Assembly: GCA_051649245.1 (NCBI GenBank)
Contig: JBOFGS010000012.1
Coordinates: 104,510-168,509 of the forward strand
Direction of reading: 5' to 3'
Length of the DNA: 64,000 nt
Origin: Brevinema sp.
GTDB taxonomy: Bacteria; Spirochaetota; Brevinematia; Brevinematales; Brevinemataceae
Positions 47,301 through 55,390 of this stretch are shown in pieces. A program made the position numbers and the translations under genes. Position 1 is the first letter of the stretch; each line of letters starts with the position of its first letter. The notes under the pieces were generated by a model, which saw nothing but the letters and a program-made list of their open reading frames with translations, was not told the origin of the DNA and did no database searches.

Positions 47301-48178
47301 ATCATGTGAATACTATTAATAACGAAATAGAGCAAGTAACGTTACAAAAAGATAAAGAAATTAGCCGATTAGCGATTACTAAAGAAGAATATTTAAAAAT
47401 TTGTACATATCCACAAAAATCATATAATGATATAGATTCTTTTTTTTCAGAATTGGCTCGTGTCGAAGGACATTTTGAAACATTATCCATAATTTCTTTT
47501 GAAGATGAGATGGAATCAGATCTTGAAACAGCTACTAAAGAAAAAGATGAATTGGAAGTTTCTTATAGTCAAAAACAACAAAAACTTGGTTCTATTTTGA
47601 CTAAAATAGAACAAACCAAATCATTACTCCAACAAAAAATTATTGTTGAGAAAAAATATCAAGTAAGCTTGATTCGTAAAAACAATTTAGATATATTGAC
47701 AAAACTATTTAAAGGTAAAGGCTTTGTTTCTTTCATTGGGCAAAAATATCTGAAAAAATTGTGCTATACGGCAAATAATCGTTTTATCAGATTTACAAGC
47801 AATCAATTTGAGCTTGTAGCTCCTGATGATGTCAATAAATCAGGTGTTTTTTTAATTGATCGTTTATCTGGAGGTGCTGCAAGAGATACTTCTACTCTTT
47901 CCGGTGGTCAGCGTTTCCAAGCTGCCTTAGCGTTGGCTCTAGCGTTATCTGATGAAAGTGGAGCAGGTCATCGATTTTTCTTTATTGATGAAGGATTTGG
48001 TTCTTTAGATGAGGAAAATTTATACTTGGTGTTGGAAACATTACGAAAAGTTGCACAAGAAGAACACCGTATTGTTGGTTTGATTTCACATGTGCCTATG
48101 ATCAAAGAAGAAGTTGAAATCTATTTACATGTGTTCTATCATCATATTAATGGATCAACCATAGACATGATCGAATAA
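44321..48178 (+). CDS. sbcCD: Fused SbcD (Mre11-like nuclease) and SbcC (Rad50-like ATPase) in a single 1285-aa polypeptide
   Basis: The N-terminus carries phosphoesterase motifs DWH, AGDCFD, AGNHDNP, VTHYF and GHIHRP. From about residue 425 come Walker A GAVGSGKSA, Q-loop IILQQRDFDGFL, long coiled coils, zinc hook CPLCGSVEHP, signature LSGGQRFQAALALALAL, Walker B FFFIDEGFGSLD and H-loop GLISHV. I chose the ATG at 44321 after AGGA; the track start is a TTG. Confidence 0.85.
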   Translation: MKILCTADWHIGKKLEAFSRLDEQRDILNQISTISQSHMVDVVIVAGDCFDTQHPSPEMTKLFVKTLADLSRNGECLVLVIAGNHDNPLFLSTSEAFASQLGVVIVGYPDDIPHLEDQDSPWSILSQDKGMIEILFKKKKKKIRFLLTPYANAQRLKKDLGTEDTDKKAWDILCDQWRKNISHEDDVTNILVTHYFVQSESSGDLYQDSPLEEDDTERSMVGTIGAMSMATVPEGIDYMILGHIHRPYSLYSSKGIHAMYTGSPLPYSIKETSYQKSILLLDISKKKSTERIQLSVKRTIKEIIFNNFEDIFERLDIEKENYVTLIWTGDRYFTAEEHVKLRESHPRILRIESCAKIEENPLNHDLDRIKHQDPRMLFEEYFGSKNKGQQPPEDLLEVFDEVLSEEHSHHPLLRKQGFLPKKLLIKGFYSYKNLVEIDFSEFNGKNFFGIFGAVGSGKSAIIEAMIFVLFGRVKRFGSIKASSGNFSVTYGMMNLESTEMLIEFVFEIMGQDGLEEYLCRISGKRDKKDFTKILPIKREFFINHHQEWISFDYDLSTVGEEILGISYDDFCKTIILQQRDFDGFLSSKPAETADTLMRLFQLERFDLSLRVDLVSKGLAAEVDSLKQKIDELLLISEEYVAELESEHTQLQEELNDDNILLQQKRTYLYQLEQKHEQKRRFEEIKKHRQELLDQKDEFDKAKQRNHIQPIIDAVTKLKELNQQQSLLFSKKEDLEKLINQYVLQEQVETTKSEDLFQKIASVQKDIHDIEQEREALLSDTLNDNHHKLMSFDGCIKFVEDREARLVIVSKKIEEHKQKSENISELTKKLSLLQDQENEIRKNKGAQALLMYLKDNAPCPLCGSVEHPNPCQSDDDVNLEEILQHISVIQKSLQESTTAASQYQECLSDKLLLEQEIQEKLGEFTDIDSLKKEYHSISRFQQEKEKKIKLLKKKIDEHTCLLKNLDSENNQCAKKLQEIAAHLIKYHEQINNISDHVNTINNEIEQVTLQKDKEISRLAITKEEYLKICTYPQKSYNDIDSFFSELARVEGHFETLSIISFEDEMESDLETATKEKDELEVSYSQKQQKLGSILTKIEQTKSLLQQKIIVEKKYQVSLIRKNNLDILTKLFKGKGFVSFIGQKYLKKLCYTANNRFIRFTSNQFELVAPDDVNKSGVFLIDRLSGGAARDTSTLSGGQRFQAALALALALSDESGAGHRFFFIDEGFGSLDEENLYLVLETLRKVAQEEHRIVGLISHVPMIKEEVEIYLHVFYHHINGSTIDMIE

Positions 48179-48209
48179 AAAACACCCGTCCATATGACGG
48201 GTGTTTTTT
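48177..48209. terminator. Bidirectional terminator between the sbcDC fusion and a convergent gene
   Basis: A-run-ACACCCGTC-catat-GACGGGTGT-T-run. Confidence 0.7.
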
Positions 48210-48224
48210 ATGATTATCTTTGTA

Positions 48225-49157
48225 TTAACTTGGTCGGACGACTCTTCTTTGTGCTGGTCGTTGATTTGTTGTGACTACTTTTCTTTGAACTTTTTGAGTA
48301 TTACTTCTTACAGTTTTTGTAGGAGTTCTTCTAGGTGTCGCATTAGTTTTTGTGTTGGTAGCAACAGTATTTGTAGGTTTGTTTACATAGTTAGGATCAA
48401 CAAGACGTTGATACAAATCAATACTTTTAACAAAAACATCTCCAAGAGTTTGTACTTTAAGTCCTGTTAGTGTTGTATCTAGATAGCCTTTATCACTATA
48501 AGCTCTTACTTTAAATAATTTTAAGGGACGAGCAAAAAAGGTTCTGAGATCTACAACTTCTTTTTGGTTAGGAGTAGATTTCAACCAATAGTTATAGTTG
48601 ACATCATAATCACTGAGACTTAATTCTGTTTCTTGGTTTCGTGATTGAAGAACTAATTCTGTTGAAAATCCTTCAGACACAAATTTTATTTTCGTAAAAT
48701 TCATCTTTTCTTTTTCTAATTGAAGCAATGATGCAGGAGTAAAACTAGGACGAGTTCTGATCCCACGAACAGGAGACACACGAGAAATATTATATAAAAT
48801 GGCAATTGCTAATGTACTGGTTCCACGATCTAATGTGAAAATATGTGGATAGAATGATAGTTTCCCTATATTAACACGTACTTGAGACCATGCAAAGGAA
48901 CCTGTTAATGATGGAAAAGCAAAAAATGTTGTCTCAAATAAAACTCCACGATTCCCTGTGGTTGTAGAATTGTTTTCAGCATCTTTGTGATAGATAATGC
49001 GACCATTATCGATACTGTCTTCTAACGTCTTAAATGTTGGATCTCCAGAATAGACAGTCCATTTATACTGACCAAAAAGAGCATGAGGGACAGCTAATAA
49101 GATAGCTATTATACATAACTTATAATTCAATTTGATATATGCTCGAAATAAGTTCAT
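48225..49157 (-). CDS. Exported protein with a basic Thr/Arg/Pro-rich disordered C-tail, unknown function
   Basis: I chose the ATG at 49157, 8 nt after GGGAG, giving MNLFRAYIKLNYKLCIIAILLAVPHALFG-Q. The C-terminus reads TNATPRRTPTKTVRSNTQKVQRKVVTTNQRPAQRRVVRPS. Confidence 0.5.
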   Translation of the reverse strand: MNLFRAYIKLNYKLCIIAILLAVPHALFGQYKWTVYSGDPTFKTLEDSIDNGRIIYHKDAENNSTTTGNRGVLFETTFFAFPSLTGSFAWSQVRVNIGKLSFYPHIFTLDRGTSTLAIAILYNISRVSPVRGIRTRPSFTPASLLQLEKEKMNFTKIKFVSEGFSTELVLQSRNQETELSLSDYDVNYNYWLKSTPNQKEVVDLRTFFARPLKLFKVRAYSDKGYLDTTLTGLKVQTLGDVFVKSIDLYQRLVDPNYVNKPTNTVATNTKTNATPRRTPTKTVRSNTQKVQRKVVTTNQRPAQRRVVRPS

Positions 49158-49443
49158 TCTAAAAACTCCCACTGATAATATAATATAATTTCGGTAGTTA
49201 ATCGGAAATAACTTTAATAAAATCTATAATATATTGTGATTGATATTATCATTATTTTTATTTATGAATATAAACTTTATCATACTTTATTATATCGACA
49301 ATAAGTTGAAAAAACTAAATTATTTATTATTATTTTCTATAATTTATTTTTTGGTATGTTGTAAAAAAATATGGAAATAGTATACAGATCATGATTTATT
49401 CTAAGCTATCAGATATTATATTTGTATAATTGGTTTGAAATAC

Positions 49444-49472
49444 TTGAAAAAATAAAAAAATTAACGTATAAT
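49444..49472 (+). promoter_or_regulatory. Sigma70-like promoter for glyS (TTGAAA-17-TATAAT)
   Basis: TTGAAA is at 49444-49449 and TATAAT at 49467-49472. This leaves a leader of only ~30 nt. Confidence 0.6.
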
Positions 49473-49510
49473 TGATCATCATTTACTATAATTTTAGGGA
49501 GAAGTTTTGC

Positions 49511-51589
49511 ATGTCTCATTTTTTATTTGAAATATTACTTGAAGAAGTTCCTCATAGTTTGTTACCTAAAACCACAGATCATATCCGAATCAAATTACCT
49601 GAATTATTACATAAATATGGTTTGACTTACCATCATATCAATCATTTTGCAACACCACGACGTCTTGCTTTTTTGATTGAAGGATTACCTTTGAAAAGTG
49701 AAGATCGTCATATTGAGCAAAAAGGCCCTTCTCTTAAAGCCGCTTATGATGATCAAGGTCATCCCACAAAGGCACTAACTGGATTTCTTACTTCTTACGA
49801 CGTGACATTACAAGATCTTGAAGAACGAGAAATAAAAAATCAGCGTTATATTTTTATTCAAAAAACAAAGAGTGGATTGCCGTTATCAGATATTTTACCT
49901 TCTTTATTAAAGGAATTAATCGATAGTATCCAATTTACTCAGCCTATGCGTTGGAATCAAGGCACAGAAGTCTTTGAATTTATTCGTCCTGTACGAGGAT
50001 TGGTTGCATTGATTGATCGTGATGTTTTGCCTTTATCTTTGTTTGGATGTTCTTCAGATCGTCTGATCAAAGGGCATCGCCAGTTTTTTCCCTTACCTGT
50101 TTCGCTTCAACACGCCTCGGATTATGAGGAAACCCTCATATCTGTAGGTTGTATTGCTGATTTTGACAAACGAAAACAATCCATTCAATCTCAAATTTCT
50201 CAGATAACAACATCTCTTAACGCAAAAACATTGTTAGATGATGATTTATTGACAACATTAACATCGTTGACAGAATATCCTCATTTGATTATTGCTGACT
50301 TTGATGAAACATTTTTATCGTTACCAAAAGAAGTATTGATTTCTGAAATGAAAATACACCAAAAATATATTCCTTTAGCAGATCAAGATGGAAATCTTTT
50401 ACCACATTATATTATTACAGCAAATATTCCTGTCTCAGATGGTCTGACCCGAAAAAATATCTTAGCTGGTAATGATAGGGTCTTGACAGCAAGATTTACA
50501 GACGGTCGCTTCTTTTTTGATGAAGATCTTACAAAGGGTCTTTCTTTTTATGCTGATAGTTTAAAATCTATTTCTTTTGTTGATGGTGCGGGTAGTCTTG
50601 CTGATAAAATCAACCGTATGCAAATCATTGGTGAATATTTTAGGAAAACACTAGCTCCATCAATTTCTTCAGAGAGTTTAAAGACTACTATTGCATACTC
50701 AAAAGCTGATTTGGCATCATTAATGGTAGGTGAATTTCCTGAATTACAAGGGATTATTGGTTCCTATTATGCCCAACATATGGGGTGTGATGAGAGTATT
50801 TGTCTTGCTATCAAAGAACACTACTATCCTATGTTGATTGAAGGAGAGCATGTTGCTCCTACACAAGAACTTTCAGGCTTGCTTGGTCTTGTTGATCGTC
50901 TGGATAATTTATTAACCTTATATGCTGTCGGTAAGACAGTGACAGGTTCTAAAGATCCTTATGCTCTCAGACGTCAGACCATAGCATTGATTTCTTTAGT
51001 GACACAGTTTGGATGGGATCAATTCTCATTAAACAATATTTTTGATGATCTTTTATTTTTGTATCAGCCAATTCTCAAAATCAACTCAGCTGATTGGAAG
51101 AAAATGCTGATTGATTTTATTAGTGTTCGCCTCGAAGGCGTTCTAAAATCTTCTCATATTGAGACGGATACCATTAATGCAGTGCTTGCTACAAATATTG
51201 ACTATATCCTTAATGATATCAAACGAGTTGAAGCTCTTCAAAAAATTCGTACCAAAGAAAAAGAACGTTTTGACAAACTCATTGAATTAGCAAAACGTAT
51301 CCATAATATTATTAAAGAACAACCTCAGTATACTTTGGCACCTAATTTATTAGTAGAACCTGCAGAACAAGAATTATACCAAAAATATCTTCAAATAATT
51401 GAAACTTGTACCAGTCTTCCCCCTGAACAAGGGTTATTAAAATTAGTAGAATTAGAAACGTCAATCACATTATTTTTTGATCATATAATGGTTAAAACAG
51501 GTGATGAAAAAGAACAAAACAGAACTGCTCTGTTAACAAAAATTAGTTTATTATTAAAAACATATGCTGATTTTAGTAAATTATCGTAA
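49511..51589 (+). CDS. glyS: Glycine--tRNA ligase beta subunit
   Basis: MSHFLFEILLEEVPHSLL, FATPRRLAF, DGRFFFDEDL and SKDPYALRR are GlyS features. I chose the ATG at 49511, after AGGGAG. Confidence 0.9.
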   Translation: MSHFLFEILLEEVPHSLLPKTTDHIRIKLPELLHKYGLTYHHINHFATPRRLAFLIEGLPLKSEDRHIEQKGPSLKAAYDDQGHPTKALTGFLTSYDVTLQDLEEREIKNQRYIFIQKTKSGLPLSDILPSLLKELIDSIQFTQPMRWNQGTEVFEFIRPVRGLVALIDRDVLPLSLFGCSSDRLIKGHRQFFPLPVSLQHASDYEETLISVGCIADFDKRKQSIQSQISQITTSLNAKTLLDDDLLTTLTSLTEYPHLIIADFDETFLSLPKEVLISEMKIHQKYIPLADQDGNLLPHYIITANIPVSDGLTRKNILAGNDRVLTARFTDGRFFFDEDLTKGLSFYADSLKSISFVDGAGSLADKINRMQIIGEYFRKTLAPSISSESLKTTIAYSKADLASLMVGEFPELQGIIGSYYAQHMGCDESICLAIKEHYYPMLIEGEHVAPTQELSGLLGLVDRLDNLLTLYAVGKTVTGSKDPYALRRQTIALISLVTQFGWDQFSLNNIFDDLLFLYQPILKINSADWKKMLIDFISVRLEGVLKSSHIETDTINAVLATNIDYILNDIKRVEALQKIRTKEKERFDKLIELAKRIHNIIKEQPQYTLAPNLLVEPAEQELYQKYLQIIETCTSLPPEQGLLKLVELETSITLFFDHIMVKTGDEKEQNRTALLTKISLLLKTYADFSKLS

Positions 51590-51608
51590 AATATTGGAGG
51601 CTTAGATC

Positions 51609-52244
51609 ATGAACGAAATGTTATCAAATATTACGTTTTGTGGAATAATGTTATGTATTCTTGCGTTTTTTCTAGGTAGTATTCCTTTTGGACTTATTTA
51701 TGGACTGATGAGAGGGATTGATATTCGTAAAAATGGTTCTGGAAATATTGGTGCTACCAATGTTGGTAGACAATTTGGATTTTGGCAAGGAATGCTTCCG
51801 ATTACGTTGTTAGATATGGCAAAAGGAATGATTGCTATTTTTATCTTTAGATATTTGTTTACCGTACAAGATTCCACCTTATTTAATACTTTTGAAATTT
51901 TAATAGGATGTAGTGCTGTGTTGGGACATATGTTTTCTCCATGGCTGGGATTTAAGGGAGGAAAAGGAGTAGCTACTACAGGTGGTGTTGTCTTGGTTCT
52001 TTCACCCTTAGTCATGTTGTCTAGTTTGTTGATCTTTTTTATTGTATTTTTTACTTTTGGTAAGAGAATTGTTGGTCGTGGATCTATTGTTGCCGGGATT
52101 TGTTTTCCATTGATTGCGTACTTTATTCCTAACACTACTCAAGAATTCCAAATTATGGCTTTTGTCCTATCTGTTTTAATGATTTTAGCTCATAAAAAAA
52201 ATATTAAAGCTTGGATCACCAATGAAGATCTTAAGAAAAAATAA
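51609..52244 (+). CDS. plsY: Glycerol-3-phosphate acyltransferase PlsY
   Basis: GSIPFGLIYG...KNGSGNIGATNVGR...GFKGGKGVATTGG. Confidence 0.9.
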   Translation: MNEMLSNITFCGIMLCILAFFLGSIPFGLIYGLMRGIDIRKNGSGNIGATNVGRQFGFWQGMLPITLLDMAKGMIAIFIFRYLFTVQDSTLFNTFEILIGCSAVLGHMFSPWLGFKGGKGVATTGGVVLVLSPLVMLSSLLIFFIVFFTFGKRIVGRGSIVAGICFPLIAYFIPNTTQEFQIMAFVLSVLMILAHKKNIKAWITNEDLKKK

Positions 52245-52263
52245 GCTTTAAAGTAGGATTGTT

Positions 52264-52722
52264 ATGGATATATCAGAACGCCATTTTATTACTCATGCAG
52301 AAAACACACATCCTTTATTACAAGAAATACCTAAAGAATTTCGTAAGATATGGTTTGAACAATATGAATATTCTTCTACCGGAGAAAAATTATTTCTTAT
52401 GATGGAACGGATTTTTGAAAATCCAAATAAAAAAGACAGCCGTTTTGCTGATTTATTGACTTTTGAAGTTGCATCTTTGGATGATTTGTTGGAATGGGAA
52501 GAAGAGTATGGCGAAAAAGAATTTGTTGCTTTAGATCCTGACTATATATTTTTTGATCATCTTATTGAATCAAATAAAGCACAATTTTCAATAGGAACAT
52601 TAGACCAATCCACAATGGAATTTGATACAAGTATTGAAATTATTGTTACCTTAGCAGATGATGGTATTATCATTGATTATCAAGATGATGATGAGCCTAT
52701 ATTTTGGAAATTAATACGTTAA
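52264..52722 (+). CDS. Small acidic cytoplasmic protein, unknown function
   Basis: 152 aa, rich in D and E, starting 19 nt after plsY. I recognise no signature. Confidence 0.45.
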   Translation: MDISERHFITHAENTHPLLQEIPKEFRKIWFEQYEYSSTGEKLFLMMERIFENPNKKDSRFADLLTFEVASLDDLLEWEEEYGEKEFVALDPDYIFFDHLIESNKAQFSIGTLDQSTMEFDTSIEIIVTLADDGIIIDYQDDDEPIFWKLIR

Positions 52723-52729
52723 TATTGTC

Positions 52730-52758
52730 AAACAATCCCCTAAAGCAGGGGATTGTTT
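52730..52758. terminator. Bidirectional terminator between convergent genes
   Basis: AAACAATCCCC-taaagca-GGGGATTGTTT. Confidence 0.65.
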
Positions 52759-53563
52759 ATTTGAAATTTGATAATTGAGAAGCCCAAACAAGCAATAATT
52801 GAAGTGTTTCGATATTTTCTTCATTATTATTGTTTATGCTGAGATAGGAAACGATTTCGTCAGCAGTAATATGAAATTTTTCTAAAAGAGCAATCTGCTC
52901 TTTTTTTTCTACCTCTAGGGAGCATTCATACAGTAACTCACTAATATTCCAAGCCAAACGATGCGTCAAAGGCAATTCCGGTTGACTGTCACAATATAAT
53001 TTCAATGATGCAATAATATGTCTCCAAGCATCGTTGTATTTTTGTTGACTAACAGATAAACTGCTTAATGTCCACAAGGAATACATTCTAAAAAAGACCC
53101 CATCTTCTTTCATATCATTAAATAAAAGTAAGGATTGTTGTCTTATTTTTGAAATGGAATTCCAATTTTTTTTGAATAGATCATTTTTTGGAGTCTCAAG
53201 ATTTTGTTCTGTTTTTCCTAGTGCCGATAATAATGTGGAAAACTTGTCATTCCAGTGATCACTTTCTTGTGTAATAATATTTTCTACATTTTTATGGATA
53301 TTTGAAGAAAATAATGTTATTTGTTCTTTCATTTTATGAAGAAGTTTTTTTTCACGTTCGGATGGATGAAAATCTAATGGCAAATCAGATGTTAATGCGT
53401 TGACAATATTAGTAATGAGATTTATTTTTTGATTAAATTGACGTGTTAGATTGGTTATTTCAAGAGACATACGTTTGATTTTTTTGTTCATCATATAAAA
53501 TGCCAATAAAATACTAAGAATAAAAATAGAAGATAAAATGATTAATAATAAGAGATTAGACAT
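52757..53563 (-). CDS. N-terminally membrane-anchored helical protein, unknown function
   Basis: One TM segment (LLLIILSSIFILSILLAFYMM) followed by a long helical or coiled region. Confidence 0.45.
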   Translation of the reverse strand: MSNLLLLIILSSIFILSILLAFYMMNKKIKRMSLEITNLTRQFNQKINLITNIVNALTSDLPLDFHPSEREKKLLHKMKEQITLFSSNIHKNVENIITQESDHWNDKFSTLLSALGKTEQNLETPKNDLFKKNWNSISKIRQQSLLLFNDMKEDGVFFRMYSLWTLSSLSVSQQKYNDAWRHIIASLKLYCDSQPELPLTHRLAWNISELLYECSLEVEKKEQIALLEKFHITADEIVSYLSINNNNEENIETLQLLLVWASQLSNFK

Positions 53564-53625
53564 AGTACGACCTTTTAGAAATTATCTTTTATTATACTAT
53601 AATAAATACAAAAAACACAAGTATT

Positions 53626-54282
53626 TTAAGACAAATCATCCAAATCCCATAAAGGATTTTTATTAAGAATCTCTTTGATCGTTAATACATCCTCAGGATA
53701 GTCCACACTGACACAATTAATATCAGAAGATATATAAGGGCTTTGGGGTTCAAAAATATGAAATGTTTTACGATTTTTATATATATATTGTGTGACGTGT
53801 TCCTGTTCAAAAGGATCTGTTGATTCAATATAACTTTTTTCCAATGCTTCAAATTTAATCAATTCAACACCTGTACCTAAAGGATTCCCTAAAAAATGAC
53901 TTAAATCATAATCCCCATGCATCATAATCAAACGTTCACAGAGAATAATGGAAATTAAAGGATTATCTCCTGTAACACGCATGATGATATCTGCTCCTGA
54001 TAAATGGAAGGATCTTGCTGCTTGGTAGTATCGCTCCAAAACATGAATCTCACTACCTCCAAAAACAGGAACATTACAATTGTGTGTGTTTAAAAAATCA
54101 ATAAATTCTTTTTCTTCATTTTTTGGTGTAAGAATGACAATTTCTAAAGGAGCATGTACTTTTTGGATTCGTTGAATAACTCTTATAATTAAGGGGATTC
54201 CCAAAATATCCACAAAAGCTTTCCGAGGAAAACGCGTTGAATTTAAACGACTTTGAATACCAACAAATATTTTTTTTCTCAT
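53626..54282 (-). CDS. SpsF-like cytidylyltransferase-fold protein (CMP-sugar synthase / acylneuraminate cytidylyltransferase superfamily)
   Basis: IFVGIQSRLNSTRFPRKAF...LGIPLI, VFGGSEIHVLERY and MRVTGDNPLIS match the SpsF-type pattern. Its ATG overlaps the upstream stop as ATGA. Confidence 0.65.
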   Translation of the reverse strand: MRKKIFVGIQSRLNSTRFPRKAFVDILGIPLIIRVIQRIQKVHAPLEIVILTPKNEEKEFIDFLNTHNCNVPVFGGSEIHVLERYYQAARSFHLSGADIIMRVTGDNPLISIILCERLIMMHGDYDLSHFLGNPLGTGVELIKFEALEKSYIESTDPFEQEHVTQYIYKNRKTFHIFEPQSPYISSDINCVSVDYPEDVLTIKEILNKNPLWDLDDLS

Positions 54283-55220
54283 ATATTATAAATAAATTCT
54301 AAAAATAACGGATCTTTGGTTTTTAACTCTATAATTAATCGCAGAGTTGGATATATCTCATTCAAATAAGAAGCAATTTTTGTTTTTGTGATTGATGTGT
54401 CTGATCGTCCATGGATTATTTGAGATCGAACCTCGTATATTGTTTTGTAAAGTGTTTGATTTTCTTCAGGTGTTTTTAAATGATTTTGATTTTTTGATTT
54501 GATCATTATATGTCGAAGTAATGCTATTTTGGTTGCAAATTGCTTATTAATGGGCATCTTACTCTGACTAAAAGACGGATTATGTGCAACCAATAATTCT
54601 AAAGCAATACAATAATTAATAAATTTTGCATAAATATCATTGTTTAGATATGCATTTCTTAGAATTTTTGCTAACTGGATTGATTTTTGATGTGTTGTTT
54701 GAGCAAGTAACCCATCCCAAGCTCCCGCTTCTTGTGAAAGATATTGCAGATCAGAATCCGAATAGGGTAGGTTTGTCAATAATCGAGCGGCTTTTGGTAA
54801 TTCTTTTTTCAACGCACGTAATAATTGACGGGCAGATAAATTTTTGATATCAATTACAAATCCTGCAGGATTTCTGACGTATGTTCCATCAGATCGATAC
54901 CCTAACAAATAACCATAATCAACCAATCCTTCTTCAAAAGGAAGTTCTTTTTTTGATTCAATAACAATCCAAATCTTGGCTAATTCATGAACAAAAACTT
55001 CTGCAATAGAGTGATTTGATTGAGTCATGCCAAATGGATGAAGTGTATACAAAATACGTCTTTTTTCTTTATCAGATAAATTCCCACAAAGAATGTGTAA
55101 ATTTTCTTCAAAGATAGGAAGTTCTTCAGATCTCAGATTGCGTAATGTGATTTGATATGTATTAGATAAGGCGATCTCTTCTTTTAAGGGTCGAAAATAA
55201 AATGTTGGTAATAAATGCAC
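54279..55220 (-). CDS. Protein with a C-terminal HEPN-like helical domain (Rx4H motif) and an unknown N-terminal domain
   Basis: The C-terminal ~130 aa are helical, with YCIALELLVA...LYKTIYEVRSQIIHGRSD. The Rx4H motif RSQIIH is encoded at 54428..54411. This resembles Apea-type HEPN domains. The GTG start lies 6 nt after TAGGAA. Confidence 0.45.
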   Translation of the reverse strand: MHLLPTFYFRPLKEEIALSNTYQITLRNLRSEELPIFEENLHILCGNLSDKEKRRILYTLHPFGMTQSNHSIAEVFVHELAKIWIVIESKKELPFEEGLVDYGYLLGYRSDGTYVRNPAGFVIDIKNLSARQLLRALKKELPKAARLLTNLPYSDSDLQYLSQEAGAWDGLLAQTTHQKSIQLAKILRNAYLNNDIYAKFINYCIALELLVAHNPSFSQSKMPINKQFATKIALLRHIMIKSKNQNHLKTPEENQTLYKTIYEVRSQIIHGRSDTSITKTKIASYLNEIYPTLRLIIELKTKDPLFLEFIYNI

Positions 55221-55319
55221 AATGTATTCCTAAGCTTATTTATTTGTTGCCACATTATATATCATTTTTTATTTTCAATCAAATTATAAATTTTTATGTT
55301 CAATATCATCATGTAAACC

Positions 55320-55348
55320 TTGCGTATAACTTTAAATTATAGTATAAT
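55320..55348 (+). promoter_or_regulatory. Sigma70-like promoter for ychF (TTGCGT-17-TATAAT)
   Basis: TTGCGT is at 55320-55325 and TATAAT at 55343-55348. GGAGG precedes the ATG. Confidence 0.55.
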
Positions 55349-55390
55349 TGAAATCTCTTTTTGAAAATTTAATGCTGTGGAGGCATCGCG

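Noticed and set aside
49473-49510. T-box or other leader element upstream of glyS.
   Set aside because: Only about 30 nt lie between the predicted transcription start and the ATG, far too short for a T-box. There is no specifier or antiterminator structure.
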